DNA of 63,212 bases, filler included. It is 12 parts of 12 records of this genome, joined end to end, with 100 filler letters (N's around TTAATTAATTAA, not from the genome) between each part and the next. Parts side by side here need not be neighbours in the genome. Positions count along the whole stretch, not along the records: positions 45,027 to 51,120 come from SRR9670534_1273; positions 51,221 to 54,508 come from SRR9670534_1277; positions 54,609 to 58,606 come from SRR9670534_1278; positions 58,707 to 61,038 come from SRR9670534_1281; 8 more parts are not named here. One strand, written 5' to 3'. Below the pieces are notes generated by a model. It worked only from the letters and a program-made list of their open reading frames with translations. It ran no database searches and was not told the DNA's origin. Of the stretch, positions 45,546-59,157 are shown one piece after another (within the stretch, counting starts at the first letter, position 1; every line of letters starts with the position of its first letter). The position numbers and the translations under genes were made by a program.

Positions 45546-48500
45546 TTAATAATAAAGTTCACTGTATAGTGCTTCTACTTGATGTCTGATCCAGCTCTTT
45601 CGTATTTCCTCATATATCCATGCAATAAAAAAGAATCCCAGAGCAGGCGCACCTGGCAAAAGCCACCATAAATAATATCTAAAAATAGCATCGTTTTGGT
45701 TATAAAAATATATTACAGTGTATTAGAAAAGATGACATTACCTATAACTATCAAGGGGTGGAACATAGACAAATGTTTTGGGCCAAAATGGATGATATAC
45801 AAAAAAGGCACCAAAAAGAACTGCTGTTATGAACCCAACAGTTGCCAAATTATTTTTAAACCCACTACTACCTAATTGGAAGAAGGAATATCGCCTTGTC
45901 TTTCGAACCACCATTGCGGCAATTTGTACCAACAAAACTCCAGCAAAATACGCAGTTTGGGCTCCCCATTCAAGTTTCTTTCGACTGTTGTATGTCTAAA
46001 GCATATGCTTTGTCAATATAATACATACAATAATAATCTTTGTTTGTTTTAGGGAAACTTTTTGTAAATTTATTATAAATTTATAAGTTTATGTATCGAA
46101 CAATTGTATTAAGGATATTATTGGTATTGAGCGCAGCAATAACTTTTTTCGCGGAGTAATTATCTAATGCATATGCAATACGTCTGTAGTACAGTATTAC
46201 TTATACTGTATGCTATATGTAGTATGTTATATATAGTATATCTATTTGCACTATAATACTGTATTATTAATACATCACATAATATATGACATATATTGTA
46301 TAAATTTAAGTTAAAAATATTTAATACTATTTACTATTTATAGTATAAATTTTATACCTAAATGTATAATGCACAAATAATATTTAATATGTATAAATTT
46401 CGTATGCTATTTGAAATGTTAGTAATAATTACGTACGTACGAAATATACTGCTTTAATTATTTCACTACTGTACCACACAGATTATATAAGTAATATGTA
46501 CAAGTATACTGTATACAGACTGTATAATACAGTATACCGTAATATACTGTTATACACATGAATACAGTATACTTGTATTATTTATACTTAAATTAATAAT
46601 GTAGCAATATATACAAATTTTATAGACTATTTGAAATATTACGCATGTACGAAATTATTTCAAATATACATACATATACATGTATGTTACGTAGCCTATG
46701 TACTCAGTATACTGAGTACATAAATTATAATTTGATAGAACTAACCCATTCTTGGAGATAGGTATCTTTGAGATTATTTACAGCTTCGGAATCCCATTCC
46801 AACCTGGTATCAAATAAATGTCGAGGCCAAAATCCATTTTCTGCCATTATAACGAAATAAGCAAATATTCCGCCCAAAGTCATGAGAACACCCATTTGAA
46901 AATAGGCCAAACCATAAACGGTTTTGTTCAGCAAATCTCTCTTGGCACTTTTTCCTCTACCAAGTCTATCCTGCAACTCATTTCTTAACTCATTCAACCT
47001 ACCCATCTGAAGAAGCTTTTGCCTTCTGCCTCTGATCTTCTCATTTTCAGCTTCATCATGCAATAAAGCAATTGCAGGGTAAAGAACACCCACAGCTTCA
47101 AGCAGTAGGATGTGGAACACTCCAAGTGGTAACGGAATTCCAAAAAAGATATGCATCAAATATGCACAAAATTCTGGCATAGACGAGGCCAAGACAAATG
47201 CAATGGAGCGACGCAAATTGTCGTACATGCTGTTACCAAGTTCGATGCCACTGACGATGCTTTCCAAACTGTCGTCCAAAGCAATAACATCTGCAGCTTC
47301 CAAAGCTGCATTCTGAGAAGAAATGCCTAGCGCAATGCCAACATTTGCTTTTCTCAATGCATCGTAATCACGTGTTAAAGATCCTGTAATAGCAACAGTT
47401 CTAAAGGCTTTCTGAACACCCTGCAAAATCTTATCCTTTTGACTTCTACCAGCGCTAACTCTGCTTAGAATGAGACATTCATGCTTTTCAGCCAAATCTC
47501 TGATAGTATTTGGTGCCATCGTCTTTAAATCCTCTCCAGTAACTACTTTTGCAGTAGCTCTCCTAATACCCATTTCATCTTCAGCCCCACCAGCTGCTTC
47601 AGCGTCATCAGCGTCCATTTGCCAAGGACCTTTAAGAGAAATTCCTTCTGCAAAAGCTGTTGCTGTCCAATGATGATCACCAGTCGCCATAATAACCTTA
47701 ACACCAACAGCTCTACATCTTTCCAGGCTATCCACAATGCCAGGCCTTGGAGGATCCATGACAGAAATTAAGCCGAGCAATCTGTAACCCGACTTCGGAA
47801 TATTGTGCGTTGAAAATTTAGTATCAGTTGAGAATTTATCTGAGGGTAATGGTCTATCTGCAAGTGCGATGACTGTTTCACCACGAGTGCATAAATCTTC
47901 CATCACATCATTCGCCATATCTATCAGATCACTTTCAAAAGGGTGCTCGTCATCTTCCATGAATATTTTGCTGCACATTTCAAAGATGTATTCTGGAGCT
48001 CCCATGGCAAAAGCACAAAGCTCCACATCAGGCATGGACTTTGGTGCAAACTTCATACTTAATCGACGAATATACATTTGAAAAAGGTGACCTTCTCTTT
48101 TAAAAGGTTCAGAGTAAATAATATCGTGTTCGCGACGTTGTTCATCCACATCATTATCATGTATTTCAGCTGCTTTGAGAACAGCAATCTCCAGGGGATC
48201 ACCAATGCCATCCCATTGGAGAACATCCGTATCGTTAGGTATTAAAAAAGTTTCAGGTGCACAGCTCATTTTTGAACAGAAAGATAGCAATTGGTATGCC
48301 GTGTTGGAAACATCAACTTGGTAAACTAAAGAGAAATATATTGGTACAAGTTAACAAGGTAGTAATGTCATTCAATGGTGGAATTTCCATCATGGAATGA
48401 TAGCAATATTATATCAGGGCCGGATGTGATATCAATTTTGGAGCCCCCAAGGGAACCTATTATTTACAATTCGAAATAGTAGCAGGTAGAAAGTTCTCTC

Positions 48501-50887
48501 AAAATTTTGGGGATTTGAGCTCTGGCAAATCCGGCCCTGCAATACATATTAGATTTATCATTTTTACTATTTTCTTCTTCTGTCATGTTTGTATATGGCT
48601 TGAACATTATACCATCGCACCAAACGTGAGAGACAATTGGTCGTCCCTGGGTCAACACTCCTGTTTTGTCACAGATAACAGCATTGATTCTGCCAATTTT
48701 GTCAATAGCTCTTAAACTCTTTATTAGACAACGCTGATCGCACATCTTTTGAGTGGTTACTGACGTAATAACCAAAATGACTGGTATCAAACCCTGTGGA
48801 ACTATGGATACGATCACACCAACAAACAAGAATAGTGCATCGAGAAAATAGTATTGCATAGATACAAAAATGATGAAAAATATCAGCCCAATAGCACAGG
48901 AAGCCAGGGTAAGCCTATCAACAAATCTTGTAACTTCACATCCAATTTCGGTCTCCATCATATCAAGGCATGATAGATACGAGTATACCATTCCTGCAAC
49001 TGAAAATTTTCCCGTATTGATAACAATTCCAAAACCTTCTCCATCGATGATTTGTGAAGATCCAAAAACCAAGTTTTTCGTATACAACGGATTATCATTC
49101 GTTTTTTCAACCGTTTTAACCACAACTTCATGCAGGCCCGTTAACCATGATTGATTCACCTAATAATCGCATTACATAATCATGATACTGCTTGCTTTTT
49201 TTATTATAATAATATATTAATGCATATAAATTTGATTATTAATAACTAACTTTCAAATTGTCCACATAAAACAATCTTATATCTGCAGGAGCGCGATCCC
49301 CAGCCTTTAGATGTACAATATCACCACTCCTAAGTTCTTCAGCAGAAATTGTTTGTTCTGTACCATCGCGAATAACTGTAGCATGCAAAGGTGCCATATT
49401 CCTAAGGGATTCTAAAATTCGAATTCCCTTCATTTCTTGATAAAATCCGAAAAGCCCGAAAATAACAGCTCCACCAATAAATGCCAATCCATTAAATAAC
49501 TAAACGCAAACAATGCATTCAGCAAAGAAGTTTACGCAAGGTATGTAATGCAACTACTGTACGTACTGTCTCATACAGATTTACGGGTATGGAGTCTAGT
49601 CAAGGCGATACCTAAACCTTTAGCTATCGCCTTGAGTCTAGTCCATACTATGGACCTGCTCTGTGAAAGAATAATAATTCTAGGACAAATGATTTGTCAC
49701 CAATCTAATGTAATATTGAAATATGTAGCAAAAATAACCAAAAGAACAAACCATATCTGCTGGTAGATCAAGAAATACGTTGTCTGTAATAGCTTGACAA
49801 ACAAAGCATAGAATTCCAACCATCCATAGAATAAGGCAATATCCGTCAAAGAAATGCTTGGTTAGGATAATCCATGTTGGAATTCCTTCCGGAACTACGA
49901 TATTTGGATCAGATGTAATCAAAAGTTCCCCAACCTGTTTATGGGAGAGCCCCTAAAACGAAATTAAAAAGATTTTTAAAAGAACTTTTCTGAAGACTAA
50001 TACGTATAGCTAAAAGTAAAAGTGAATTCAATTAAGGTTAACAAGAAGAAATTTAGTTTATTAATAATACCTACTGTATTTTCCCTATTATTAATTTCCC
50101 TGTCTCTATTAGACTAATAGTATTAGTGGACCCTCTCTAATAGCGGCCGCCTAATAAAGCTTACGAAACATTGTTTCGGAAACAATAACACCTAGCCCCT
50201 CTCTAAATTATTAGTAATAATGGCCATTCACTATTACTAATAGTCTATTCCACGAAAAAATAATGGCCATGTTCCATTAGTTTAAAAAATACTGTAGCTT
50301 AGAGTATGACTCAGAATGGGGCAAAATTTCATCGCGTAATAGCTTGGAGATACATAGAATAGGTGGAACTTGAGTAAATCGTTGTAGAGTCTACAACGTA
50401 GACACCCAATGCCAGAAGTGTGTTATTACTGCCCACATACAAAACCAAAAATCAAATTAAAACAAGTATAGATGTCACTAATTGCTATCGAATTAGAATG
50501 GATGACTCATAAATCATTGAATTCTGTACTAGGTACCATATGAGCAATAAAAAACAAAAGCACCTATTAGGGGCCCAAACACATTGTACATTAATTAATT
50601 AAGGTTACCTCGTCAAGATTTGTGTTATACTTCTGTGCAACTTGTTCAGGATCAAGTACATGATCTTCCATTCCAATTAGCTGTCGCTGAAGTCCCTTAA
50701 AAATGTCCGACTTCTCCTTGTTGCCCAGTTTTTTCCCAGGTTTCTTTTGATTTTCAAATACTTCAAGGGGTATTCGTACTGATTCTTTGACGGGTGTCAA
50801 TCCGGTTGATGTTGATGACGGCCTACCCAACCGAGGCTTTGTGTTATTATTTGCTGCAACCATATAACTATCCAGTCGCTCATCCAT
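45546..50887 (-). CDS. Divergent Na+/K+-ATPase alpha-like (P2C) protein, ~7 exons
   Basis: YQE.K, GDRAPADIR, CDKTG, GAPE, DPPR, TGDH, YDNLRRS, MAENGFWP, LKDTY.QEW, C-terminal YEEIRK...ELYY*. Confidence 0.92.
48415..48539. mobile_element. Short hAT-like MITE in an ATPase intron
   Basis: Perfect 11-bp TIRs CAGGGCCGGAT / ATCCGGCCCTG; target-site duplication not clear. Confidence 0.6.
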
Positions 50888-51451
50888 GATAACAGGTACA
50901 GTTTTAATAAGAACCCTCTGTAAGAATACCTACCTTATACAAGGTAGACCTATAACAAATCAAAAGCTGGGAATGTAGGTGAATACCTAAGTATTGCAGT
51001 GATAATAGTATTATCATAATACCTACCCTATGTACATGTCAAAAGTACATAGGTACATATTATCGAACAATATACATGCCAACTTGGCATTGCCAAGGCT
51101 CTCTATAACAACCTTGTTATNNNNNNNNNNNNNNNNNNNNNNNNNNNNNNNNNNNNNNNNNNNNTTAATTAATTAANNNNNNNNNNNNNNNNNNNNNNNN
51201 NNNNNNNNNNNNNNNNNNNNAAAATTACAATAAACTTTATCTATCTATCTTCAAGAGCATACTACAGTACAATCTAGGTAATGATAGTAACTCCATTCAC
51301 ATTAATAGCACATTTTCACCTATTTTATATGGTATTGTACTTTAATAATAACAGCATTTGCAGGCAGATAGCTGTAGTCTTGCATTCATGCCTACGTATA
51401 TGTCTATTTATTATGTCTATGGTTGCATTTTTCATCTTGTTGAATATTTAG

Positions 51452-52104
51452 AAAATTCGAGACCCTCGGTTTGAACAGACTAGTGGTGATTTCAATTGGA
51501 ATATGTTTGCAAACAGTTACAAAATGATCGATGCAATGAAAAGTGAAGAAGAAAAGGTATTGGCCCAATACTATTGGGTGTATATTATTTATCATATCTA
51601 CCTCATGTTTTGTTTAGACACTTAAGAATGAATTAAGAACATGTACTGACAATGACAGGAAGAAGGAAATAAAAAAATTAATACAGAAAAACGTGAGCAA
51701 CATCTTTTTGCGTTTTCTTTACAATATATTTCTTTACAATATTATCGCATACCAACATATTGGATATGACTCAATATTATTGACTTTATAAAGCTTTTGA
51801 ATAGAATATTAATCAATAATCATTGTATGGATGATTTTTTTTATCAGGGAGACAAAACCAAATCACTGAATGATATACAACTGAGAAAGTCAATCATCAA
51901 GGCTCAATCTAGGAAGAATAAGAAGCTTCTTGGAGAAGGAAAAAAACCCTATTTTCTCAAGAAAAGTAATGCGGTACTATTTATTGAAAAGCACATTCAG
52001 CAATTGTATATCAATAAATTATTCTGTATTTAGGGGAAATTCAAGCTCAATTTATAAAATTAAAGCAGGAGAAAGGACAGTCAAGTCAAACTGATTCAAA
52101 ATGA
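51452..52104 (+). CDS. RRP36: Ribosomal RNA processing protein 36, 3' exons
   Basis: KIRDPRFEQTSGDF...Y and GKKPYFLKK motifs on spliced exons. Confidence 0.8.
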
Positions 52105-52560
52105 TTTTTTCAATTATTATAGAAATACTTTACATTGTATTTTTAGTAGAAATGCCTAAGAACTCGAATTCAATTATTAAATCAAATTGTCTCTAACGAG
52201 TATTTTCTTTTTGCAAATTTTCATTTACACTTTTCCCAGGAAAATGTTTACTAAAATGAAAATAGAATCATATTGCATTTATTTATACAGTTTATTAAGT
52301 TAATGGACAATATATGCTAGTTACACAATGAATTCTTTTATTCATGTTATCCAGAAGTCTCACATGATCATTTAGACACCAAAGAATACCACGGAGTATT
52401 AAACCGTTTTAACTAGAATACGTCTATATGTGGATATTGCTAGTGTAAGCTTATGCGATATGCAGTCCATATGAATCTGTAGGGTTTTTAAACTTTATAC
52501 ATATAATATGTATGTAAGGTTCTTACACATAGATTTATGTACTTTTGATGTAATAAATGC

Positions 52561-52574
52561 GTTGCTATGGTAAT
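52561..52574 (+). promoter_or_regulatory. RFX X-box candidate upstream of CFAP45
   Basis: GTTGCTATGGTAAT, close to the GTTGCCATGGCAAC consensus, ~70 nt before the ATG of a ciliary gene. Confidence 0.7.
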
Positions 52575-52642
52575 GGCTGATATACAACATGGTGGCATTC
52601 AACATTCAGTTCAAGCCATTGTGACTACAATATTTAATAATC

Positions 52643-54508
52643 ATGGTAAGACTTTGCTTTATTACATGTAATTGTTTGAATGTTTTGAAGTTTATTTACA
52701 TTTATTAAATATATAGCCTGCAAGTGCAGTAAGTTCAATACCAAGCAGCACTGGGTCTGGATCCAGAAAGTCAAAAGGTTTGAAATATCACACCATCTCT
52801 CGCCATTCTGGTGCTGATGAAAACCTTTTTGGTGAACCCAATCGTGTCAAGCAAATGACTGGCAGCAAAAGTGCCGATGCTCAAGCTGACAACATTAGAG
52901 TACAAATACATTCTCCACTAGAAGAACAAGCTGCTCATAGAGTAAAAACTAAAAAGGCTGAAACAAAGAACTCTCCCGAGACTATTCGAGTTATAACAAA
53001 AGATCTCATCAGAAATTTAATGTATTAATAAGCTTTTCGCAAGTATTCATCGCTCATTTATGTAATAACTTATGTTTTTAGAGTTCCAAGAGAAGATCCT
53101 AGTGGAAATACCATAGTTTTATCTCCGTATGAATATTCAAGACTATTACATGCTGCAGTATTCAAGTCTAAGGAAGAACGACAACTAGAAAGTAATGAAA
53201 TGAAAAAAACAAAGGAACAGCTAATGGATGACAGTTCAAATAGAAAGACTGAAATGCAGAAGTTGGATTTGGAAAGACGCAGAAATGATAAGTTGTCAGA
53301 TTTGGAGGAAGAAGCAAAGCAAAAGGCACAATCTCTCTTGGAAAGAGCAAATGAGTTGAGGCAAGAACAAGAAGACGAAGTTAAACACTTAAATGAGGTA
53401 CCAGATACTTATCAAATTTAACGACAAAGGGCCAAATTGCGTACTATTTTTAGTTGATATTAAATGCTAAATGTCATGCCATTCGTGATGCCCAACTTCT
53501 GGAAAAGAGGGAAATTGTTGAGGAACTCGTTGACGACGAGCGCAGATTAGATCGAATGATGGAGATAGATCGTGTTAATAAAATCAAAATGCAAGAAGAA
53601 ATCGAGAGGAAACGAAAAGAAGAAATCCTTGAAGCAAGACGAGTTATGGAACAACAAATTCAGGAAAGAGAGGAGGAAATGTTACTGGAGAAGGAACGCA
53701 GAGAGCAAGAAGGGTATGAACAACTAAGAAGAATAGAACTATTACAAGAAGAGGATTGGGAAGAAATGCAAGAAAAAAAGAAGCAACAGGGTGAGATGCG
53801 TGCAGAACTTGATGTTGCTAACAAGAAGCTTTTGGAAAGAAGGGAGATACTGAAGGAACAGGAGAAACTTGAGGATCTGAAGGTTATGGAATTCCAGCGA
53901 AAGAAAGCCGAAAGGGAACAAGAGTATGAAGAAGAAATGGAAAGAAAACGAGTTGAAAAAGAAAAGGAAGTGGCGCGCTTAAGAGCTCTCCAGGAGCGTG
54001 CCCGAGATTATCAGGCAGAACAAGACGCTTTACGCGCAAAACGCGCCCAAGAAGAATATGAGCGAAAGTGGCGACAGAAGGAACTAGAAGCAGCTAGAAA
54101 AAAGAAAGAAGTGGAAGCAGATTTGACCAGAGCTAGGCAAGAACAACAAGCAATTAAGGAACGAGTTCTTGCTATTCAAGCCAAGCAAGATAGAGCGGAA
54201 TTTCAAAAAGTTTTGCAGTATGTCTGTTTACTTTATTTACTCAATATTTCAATATAAAATCTATAATGTAAATTTATTGTGGAATATATTTAGAGCTCAA
54301 ATTGAAAATGCAGAAAAATTGAGACAACTTGAAGAAGAATTGGCTTTTAGAAATGCACAATATTCAGATTCTTTGAGGAAACAGATTACAGAAAAGGAAA
54401 AGGACCGAATTAAGGACAGAAACCAAACCTTTGAGGATGGTATTAAAATGGAAGAAGAAGCCAGGCTTAGGCGTCAGAAATTAGCAGAAGTTAAGCAAAA
54501 GAAAATAA
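52643..54508 (+). CDS. CFAP45: Cilia- and flagella-associated protein 45 (CCDC19), 3'-truncated; first coding exon is the ATG alone
   Basis: YHTISRHSGADENLFG, ITKDLIRNL, ILNAKCHAIRDAQ, DALRAKRAQEEYER, long coiled coil. Confidence 0.92.
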
Positions 54509-54729
54509 NNNNNNNNNNNNNNNNNNNNNNNNNNNNNNNNNNNNNNNNNNNNTTAATTAATTAANNNNNNNNNNNNNNNNNNNNNNNNNNNNNNNNNNNN
54601 NNNNNNNNTGCGACTTGGACGCTAACAATATTAATTAATAATATAATGTTCATACTAGAAATGTTGTTACAAAGCTGGTTGTAATAATAATTAAGTAAAA
54701 GATGAGAAATACAGCAGGTAAAATATATA

Positions 54730-57415
54730 CTAGTGGGCTTTGAGCTCATAACAACTTTCAGCAGAATGGAGAGAGTCAATGCCACTGTCATTCGTTTGAT
54801 GCTGCTTTTGCTTGGTAAGTGAACCAGTTTTGCTTGATGACCAGGATTCTTTCTTTTGATGATTCGGAGATTTGTATAAATCCTGAAAAAACTTTTTTCG
54901 CTTCTTTGCGAAATCTACTGCAGGATTGGTCTGATTTCTAAAATTATCATGTTGACCAGACAAAGAAGTTTTATCAGTAGTCTTATTAATTGTATCATCG
55001 TTATGTATGACTTCTTCATATTCTAAGAAAAGTACCAATAGATAGTATTTTCATAAAGCACATAGTTGATCACTTACCGGCATTCTTTTTGCTACTAAAG
55101 GTAGATTCATCTTCCTCTTCCTCCTCATAGCAATCTCCTAGACATTTCTGCTCTAAATACTTGCGATATTCCTCCAGGATTTCGCTCGAACCTTTATTGT
55201 TATTAAAAGCTCGTTTAGAACGCTCTTCACTTTTGGATCGATTAGAAAATATGCTGCCATTACTTCTGCTATGAGGGACATGATTATTTTGATCAAAAGA
55301 AAAAGTGACTTTGGAAGTGTCTGTGGTGATACCATTTGTTCTTGCCATCATAGCTTCGTCATAACTAGCATTCATCTGATGATCGCCATACGGATTGCTG
55401 TTTTGACGATTCCATTTTGAGGGATGTGGTAAACTGTTTGTCATTCGGGCAGGAAGAGGTTCTGGAAATTGAGCACTAAATGTGGAATAAACAATTCTGG
55501 AGGAGGATGAAGATCTTTTATCGTTGCGAGGGGAGTCCTTGGATTTGCTTCTTCTTCTGGAGAATAACCTTCGCAGCACATTCCCTGGCTTGGAGGATGA
55601 AGATGTATTTGTGTCTGAACCGTCATTATTCGAATTATTTCTTTTCTTTTCTATAAATGAATTTTACGTATTGATCGTTATTGATTTTTACATATTGATT
55701 ACCATTTTTTGGCGATGGTGTCGCTGAGGAAATATTCGGAGTTGATGTTCCAGGATAGTTTGTTCTCAAGGTTGTCTTATTAAGAGATTGAGCACGATTA
55801 AGCTTTAAATCTGATAAACTATGTGGTCGTATGGGAGGTCTACTATTTCTGAAATGATATTTTTGATAACAATACATAATGCATTATTATATTTTGGGCA
55901 AACATGATATCTAGTACTTGTTACAGCCCTTGTGTCAATAGACCTAGCTACACGTAGAGGTACCAAAGAGGAAATGCATAATTTAGTAAACATTTGACAT
56001 GTCATGACATTTAATTATGGCTATAACATTATTATCATTATTGTTATTGTTAATTCAACAATTTGATAGAATATTCTAATCTGATTATTGTCCATGTCAA
56101 AATGTTATCTCGTGATGATGCACTTTAGCAAAACCAAAATCAAGCGTTATGGCAGACGCAGCTGTTAATGAAATAAATTAAATGGGTCAAATTTACCATT
56201 GAAGCCCAAGGGACAACAAACAAGGATAACTAAAACACACAGGTTTCTCCTGCACACAAATAAATTATTGTACTTTTTCCTGCTGACATGACCGACGTTG
56301 TTACCGTCCAAGGAAGTCGAATAAAAATGTACACTGCCTCCTGTTCTAGTAGAGTATATTTCATCCTCTTCGTCCGAAAAAACGACAGATTTGCTGCTAT
56401 TTGGGGTAACATAATAAATAATCATTTACATAAATTTACAAAGCAGATGTATGTTATGATGTTTGATGATGTACAACGTAAGTTTATGCATCAAGACATA
56501 CCCATTTCTGGGCTCTGTACTTCGGCTGCTGTTATGTCTTGCCAGATGTGTTGTTGAGCTTCGAATGTTATCCATAAGGGTTTGGTACAGGGGCTTGTGA
56601 TTTGGGTGAAGCACCAACAAAGCTTCTTCATTGCTTAAAAGTCTGGAAGGGGTGTTCTGCGCTACCAAACGACCGTAAATGTCTGGAGTTACGATGAAGT
56701 AATTAGCACCAACGGCGTACAACTTGTGTTCTCGCACCAAAGCATTTAAAACATCAATCAAGAGATCCTCGTCAGCATCATTGAAATTTCTTTCCGCCAA
56801 ATAGGATAGGATATTTTCAGGAGTAGCAGCTACTTTTAGATCACAAAGATCTGCAACAGCCACACATACAAAATCTCCCAATGGTACGAATGGCGACTGC
56901 ACAATAGGCTTCATTGTTACTTTTTGAAGGCGACCTAAAACAATAGATAAATGAAAAAAATTCCCACACACAAAGTAAATAAAGTGAAAAAATCATTAAA
57001 ACAGCTTAAATTGCTAATAACAGCTAGAATATTTACCTAGGTTGGTAATAATCAGTCCTTTGGGTGCTCTTAAATTTCGTCTGTGCCACGCATTTTGGAT
57101 AACGTCCAGATAAAAAGAGTCTGAATGTTGTAATCCAGCTCCTCCACATATTAAGATAGTAGCTGGATTTATATGGCCCAAGTATTCTATACAAACCATG
57201 GCTTCAACTAGCAAAGGGCACCAATAACTAGTTTTATTGGTCTGAATAAACTTGTGAAACAGTTTTAAACCATTATATTTTCGCGATTTCATATGACTGA
57301 GGACTGCTTCTTGGTAGACACCAGACTGTTGGTTATTATCCCAATTTTCCACTTCAGAAGCAAAGTAAATAGCGATGCAATCTTGATTAATCAGCAGTGA
57401 CAGATTCTCATTCAT
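54730..57415 (-). CDS. STOX: Storkhead-box protein, multi-exon
   Basis: N-terminal domain ending AWHRRNLRAPKG, winged helix PIVQSPFVPLGDFVC...LNALVREHKLY..GANYFIVTP, then low-complexity exons. Confidence 0.85.
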
Positions 57416-59157
57416 GGTACATTCAAATCACTATAAATCATACCTGAAAAGGAAGGAAAAGAATACTAGGGCAAAAATAGCCACTTAAGGTTGCGCAGAG
57501 TTATTTAAACCATCATAATGGTTCTATTCAAAGCTTTGTAAGAGGGTATAATAAAATCATTGGAGCATAGAACCACTAGATATTGTATTATTAGGCACAC
57601 ACGTACAAAACCTATCTATTCAATCGGTCAAACAGTATCTTCAACTGTCATCGTAAAATCTGTGTACATACCATCCTATTAGGCTGTAATAATAGTAATT
57701 GCCCTGCAATACATTATCAATGAACTGATTTCGATGATAACGTATTTATTAGTACACATGTAATAGGTACCTAATACTAATAACAATAACAATAATTTAG
57801 GTACAAATTACGCATTTTTAATAAAAATATTATAGTATTCCTACAATACTCAATAGGGTATCTGTAGCGGTATTCAGCTGTTCACAAGGCAAACTACTGG
57901 ACGCCCCCTCAGTTTGCACCAACTTTCTATAATTAGAAACATGCATGCTCTCTAAGGCTATGATTGAATTTAAACTGTATGAGGTTCAATCTCTGTCACA
58001 AGGAGCATGTAAGACTGTAACATTGAGCAATAAACATTACAGCAATACACAACATCGTATGTAAGTACGCAACGTACTGTAGCCTGTAGAGTCTACATAT
58101 CGTACAATGTAGACTCTACAGGCTCTCATATTATGTATAGTATGGACTCCATACTATGGAGTCTACAGTGTACTACAGACTGTATAGCATACTGACAGTC
58201 TGTAGTATACTGACAGTCTACAGTGTACTACAGACTGTCAGTATACTATACATATGGTACAATCGTAAAGGTACAATAACGGTGCACAACAAATTGTCAA
58301 TTACTAATAATTAATTGTTATTTAATAATTAATAATAATTAAACAATTAAATAATTACGATAACTGTAATAAATTAAATAATTACGATGACTGTAATAAA
58401 GATTACCTATGCCATTTTGCCTATTGTATAAAATTATTCATAGACAGATATTGCCTTGTAGTTGCAACATTGTTCATGTATGTACCTATAGGCTATGGCA
58501 AATATCTCTTGTAATAACAATTTTATTAAAAATGGATTGATGTTTACATAAGCTGCATATGATAAGCAAGACTGAATAGAAAGAAATCCTCTTTCATATA
58601 TATGACNNNNNNNNNNNNNNNNNNNNNNNNNNNNNNNNNNNNNNNNNNNNTTAATTAATTAANNNNNNNNNNNNNNNNNNNNNNNNNNNNNNNNNNNNNN
58701 NNNNNNGGGGCACTTACTTTTGCACATACCAAATAGGATTGGGTGATATTATTCACATAAGTACATGTACTGAAGGCACATTAATAATGTATTCATAGTT
58801 GCTTGAAATCATGGTACTACTCTAGTACAATATTATTGCACAAAGACGTACAATGTACAAAGATGTACATTGTACATAGTTTACTGTAACATGTACATTA
58901 TATACTGTATAATAGCTGGTGCATAAAATACAGTGTAATGCGGCTTATAGTGTAAAATGTATAGTATACACTGTATTGTACACTTTATATAATTCACACA
59001 TAGTATAGTATACAATCTAGTGTTCAATATTTTACTTTATATAATAATACTGTATAAATTATATAAAATATTGTACAGAGTACGTACTTGTTAGTGCAGA
59101 ATGTATAGTACTCGGTATATATAATATAAATTAAATAATACAACATGTCGTTGCATA

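Noticed and set aside
54561-54791. ORFs containing X runs (also 54169-54564 tail and 60906-61094)
   Set aside because: Read across N spacers; artefacts
58070-58255. Palindromic TACAG/CTGTA-rich hairpins
   Set aside because: Same low-complexity motif background as seen in many introns of this genome
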